Shown piece after piece: positions 61,377 through 64,000 of a DNA stretch of 64,000 nt. A program made the translations under genes and the position numbers. This stretch comes from Orbicella franksi (taxonomy: Eukaryota): positions 24,552,001-24,616,000 of the forward strand of contig OZ116709.1 in the NCBI GenBank assembly GCA_964199315.1, written 5' to 3'. Under the pieces are notes generated by a model. The model was not told the origin of the DNA and did no database searches. It saw nothing but the letters and a program-made list of their open reading frames with translations. Position 1 is the stretch's first letter. Every line of letters starts with the position of its first letter.

Positions 61377-63186
61377 TCATATTACAGCTACACCCATGCC
61401 TTCTATGGCCAGAGGTAGTGGCGCAAACTCCTCCCACTTGTTAGTTAAAGGATCATAGCAGTCAATCTTTTCTGTTTCAACATTCATGCATGCACCTCCC
61501 ATGGCAAACAATTTGTCATCAACAGCAGCTACAGCTGGACTCTCTCTCCTCATCAGCATCGGAGGCAGTGAAAGCCATCTGTTCATACGTGGATCAAAAC
61601 ACTCCACAGAGTTATGATCTTCATCATAATCACTCCCTCCGACAACAAATATCTTGCTCTTCAGTACTGCTGCACCAAAGTATCTTCGTCGATAGCTCAT
61701 GGCGACACAAGCACTCCAGCGATCCAGCCGTGGGTCATACCTTTCTACCGTGTTTAATATAGAGACACCATTGTCTCCACCAATTGCATAGATAGTACCA
61801 TCTAGAGTAACCATGGCAATTCCCTCTCGCATTGTGCTCATGGGTTTCATGTGAGTCCAGACATCCCTGAAGAGAGCAGATTCAACAAATTTTAAGTGCT
61901 GTTAAAATACTAGTTTCAAGGAAGTTGTCAAAGGAACTAGTATTTTTCCTGTTGTTTTGTGCCACAAAATTATCTGTCACTTTTACTGCCATCAAATATG
62001 GTTTCTTGTATGCAATTTGTCTTCATGTCATGTCTAATCTTTGAAATTTGCATGGATATTAGTCCATAGACATCATCTGTTCCTTAAAGCTAACAGCACT
62101 TGGCTTTTGGAAAACTGTGGCTGTTTAGAACAGATAAATGTTTTAAGGGTAAATTAATCTTTAAGCAATGATGAAAGTGATGATAACCTGACTGGATCAT
62201 AACGTTCCAAGCTGTTATATTCAGAACGTGAGAAGTCACTTCCTCCTGATGCATACAACCAACCATCCAGCTCTACCAAACCAAAAGCATGCCGTCCACA
62301 TGCCATAGGCTGAACATACGTCCACTTGTCAGTGGCAGGATGGTAACATTCTACTGAACTAAGGGCTACATCACCATCACATCCTAACAAAAATGGTGTA
62401 AAACAAAATTGTAAAAAGCAATTTTTAAAAGTTTAACAGATGTTTCAATCCATTAGATCCGCTACAAACCGTAACCAATTATCCTGTAGGAATAGTAAAC
62501 ATTTCTTTTCATTTAGCAGTAGACATGCAAACATTTCTACAAATAGTGTTCCCTAGGCCACACTTTCTAGCCATTTTGGGAGTCTGATGTCATCCTCATA
62601 GAGTACAATGGGGCTAATAAAAAATCCGACCACAAAACAACTGGAAATCAAGCCCAATAGCTTCAATAAAACTCAAATGTACTTGAAACATTTTGTGAGA
62701 AGACAACTTAAACTGGCTACACCCTACCACTTTTTTCTTTTTTTTTTCACCACTTAATAGACTTTGGAAAAATGAGAGAACTTAGCCTCCAGAGGCACTT
62801 GTTGTGCTTTTATCATAAATTTTACTTTGATGCAGCTCAATGATTTATAAAAAAGGCTCTTATAACAAGCTCTTGCCTACCTCCTGCAGCATAAATATGG
62901 CCACTATATACAGCCACACCCACACCATCACGATGTTTGTTCATTGGAGCCACTTCATCCCACATGTTGGTCTCAAAGTTGAATCTCCTGACACTGTTGA
63001 ATACCCTGTTATGTATTTCACCACCCACAATGTAGATCATAGTGCTCCTGGCTTTATGCCTAGCCTGTGTCCCGAATGGGATGTTGTCACGTCGTTCAGG
63101 AAGCAGATGAAAGTTCTTTGCCTCACTGATTAGCCTCATGCAAGTGTCATTGCTTTCTACCAGCTTCTCGCTCTCTATACAATCAA
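61377..63186 (-). CDS. Kelch-like (BTB-BACK-Kelch) protein, last three exons; the 5' part is not identified in the window
   Basis: Exons 62881-63186, 62188-62383, 61377-61866, phase-consistent. They encode the end of BACK (RLISEAKNFHLLPE) and six kelch repeats (GG...Y/F.P...W). Confidence 0.9.
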
Positions 63187-64000
63187 CTGAAGCAGAAATA
63201 CACTTTCATGTTACAAGGTGAGATTTTTGATGTGGGCAAAGGGTGTAACCTTGCCAGAAAGAGTGTGATGGGAAGTAGTTACCAAGTAAGAAATTTGGAA
63301 TCTTTTGGGGTTGGAGAGCAACAGAATACAACAGAAAGGTGCAGTTTTTCTTTTGAGGCTGTTTTGCCAACCAGGATTTCTACAGGGTGGACAATATGCT
63401 TACAGCTTTGACCATTTTGGTCTAGCAAATATCAAATTTTACAGCTCCAGAAAAATATCCATACTCCCCCCACAGAGATTGGAATTTCCTTGGGGTGGGG
63501 GGTTCTGTAAGGCCAAACAATTTTAAGAAATTTATAAAGCTTAATTGTAATTTCCAGAGGGACAGGAGGGTCTTAGACAAAATCCCTCCTATGGGGGGGG
63601 GGGGGGGAGAGAGGTATAGACATTTTCTGGAACTATATAAATTATTTCATTTTTCAATTTCATTTCCTGGATATTTCAAATCACGGTATCTGAAATTCAG
63701 TCACGATTATTTTTGCCATAGAAAAATCTTGATGATTATGCAAACCTTTGTTGAACAATGTCAGACGCTTCGAGCTATATTTTATGCTTGTGTGACTAAG
63801 AGATAAATGAGTGTACGATATATAATACGGAGAGCACTTTGCTCTGCGTGACTTCTGTGTGATCAGGAAATGACGATAATCACGAAAATTTCATTTTCCA
63901 AAGGAAAACAAAATAGCTGTGCAAATTTAATACAGAAAAATCCTGACCTTTAGTCTAGTTAAACGCCTTAAATATGTATAAAATAGACAACTGCTGACGC

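Noticed and set aside
63260-63420. Possible additional kelch-like (BACK) exon
   Set aside because: Splice-like words are present, but the translations do not resemble BACK sequence.

Overview
AT-rich, intron-rich animal genomic DNA. The gene set and repeat families suggest a cnidarian, most likely a stony coral (inference). Left half: a complex tandem duplication. It holds two intact 5-exon, 607-aa neurexin-family genes (LNS-EGF-LNS, Cys-loop, stalk, TM, 4.1m/PDZ tail; 2085-7630 and 13015-21289), an intronless class A GPCR broken by one in-frame TAA (9941-10975, minus), a promoterless NRBP fragment with four whole exons and part of a fifth (11795-12909), and a 2-exon plant-PSE1-like LRAT/NC-domain gene (24868-26426). 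The junctions fit one duplication of a neurexin-GPCR-LRAT-NRBP(3') unit followed by reciprocal deletions. Right half: conserved housekeeping genes. These are NRBP1 (minus) head-to-head with a STX7/STX12-type syntaxin (plus), PPP1R8/NIPP1 (minus) head-to-head with NSMCE1 (plus), and the 3' part of a kelch-like gene (minus). Many SINEs, MITEs and microsatellites are present; no rRNA, true tRNA or CRISPR array was found. Most notable observations: amino-acid change between the neurexin copies is confined to the ectodomain; the orphan NRBP exons are far better conserved than their introns; one MITE sits in opposite orientations at the same paralogous site; NSMCE1 has an AT in place of a GT splice donor; and STX12-PPP1R8 adjacency is shared with human. 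All alignments and substitution counts were done by eye.
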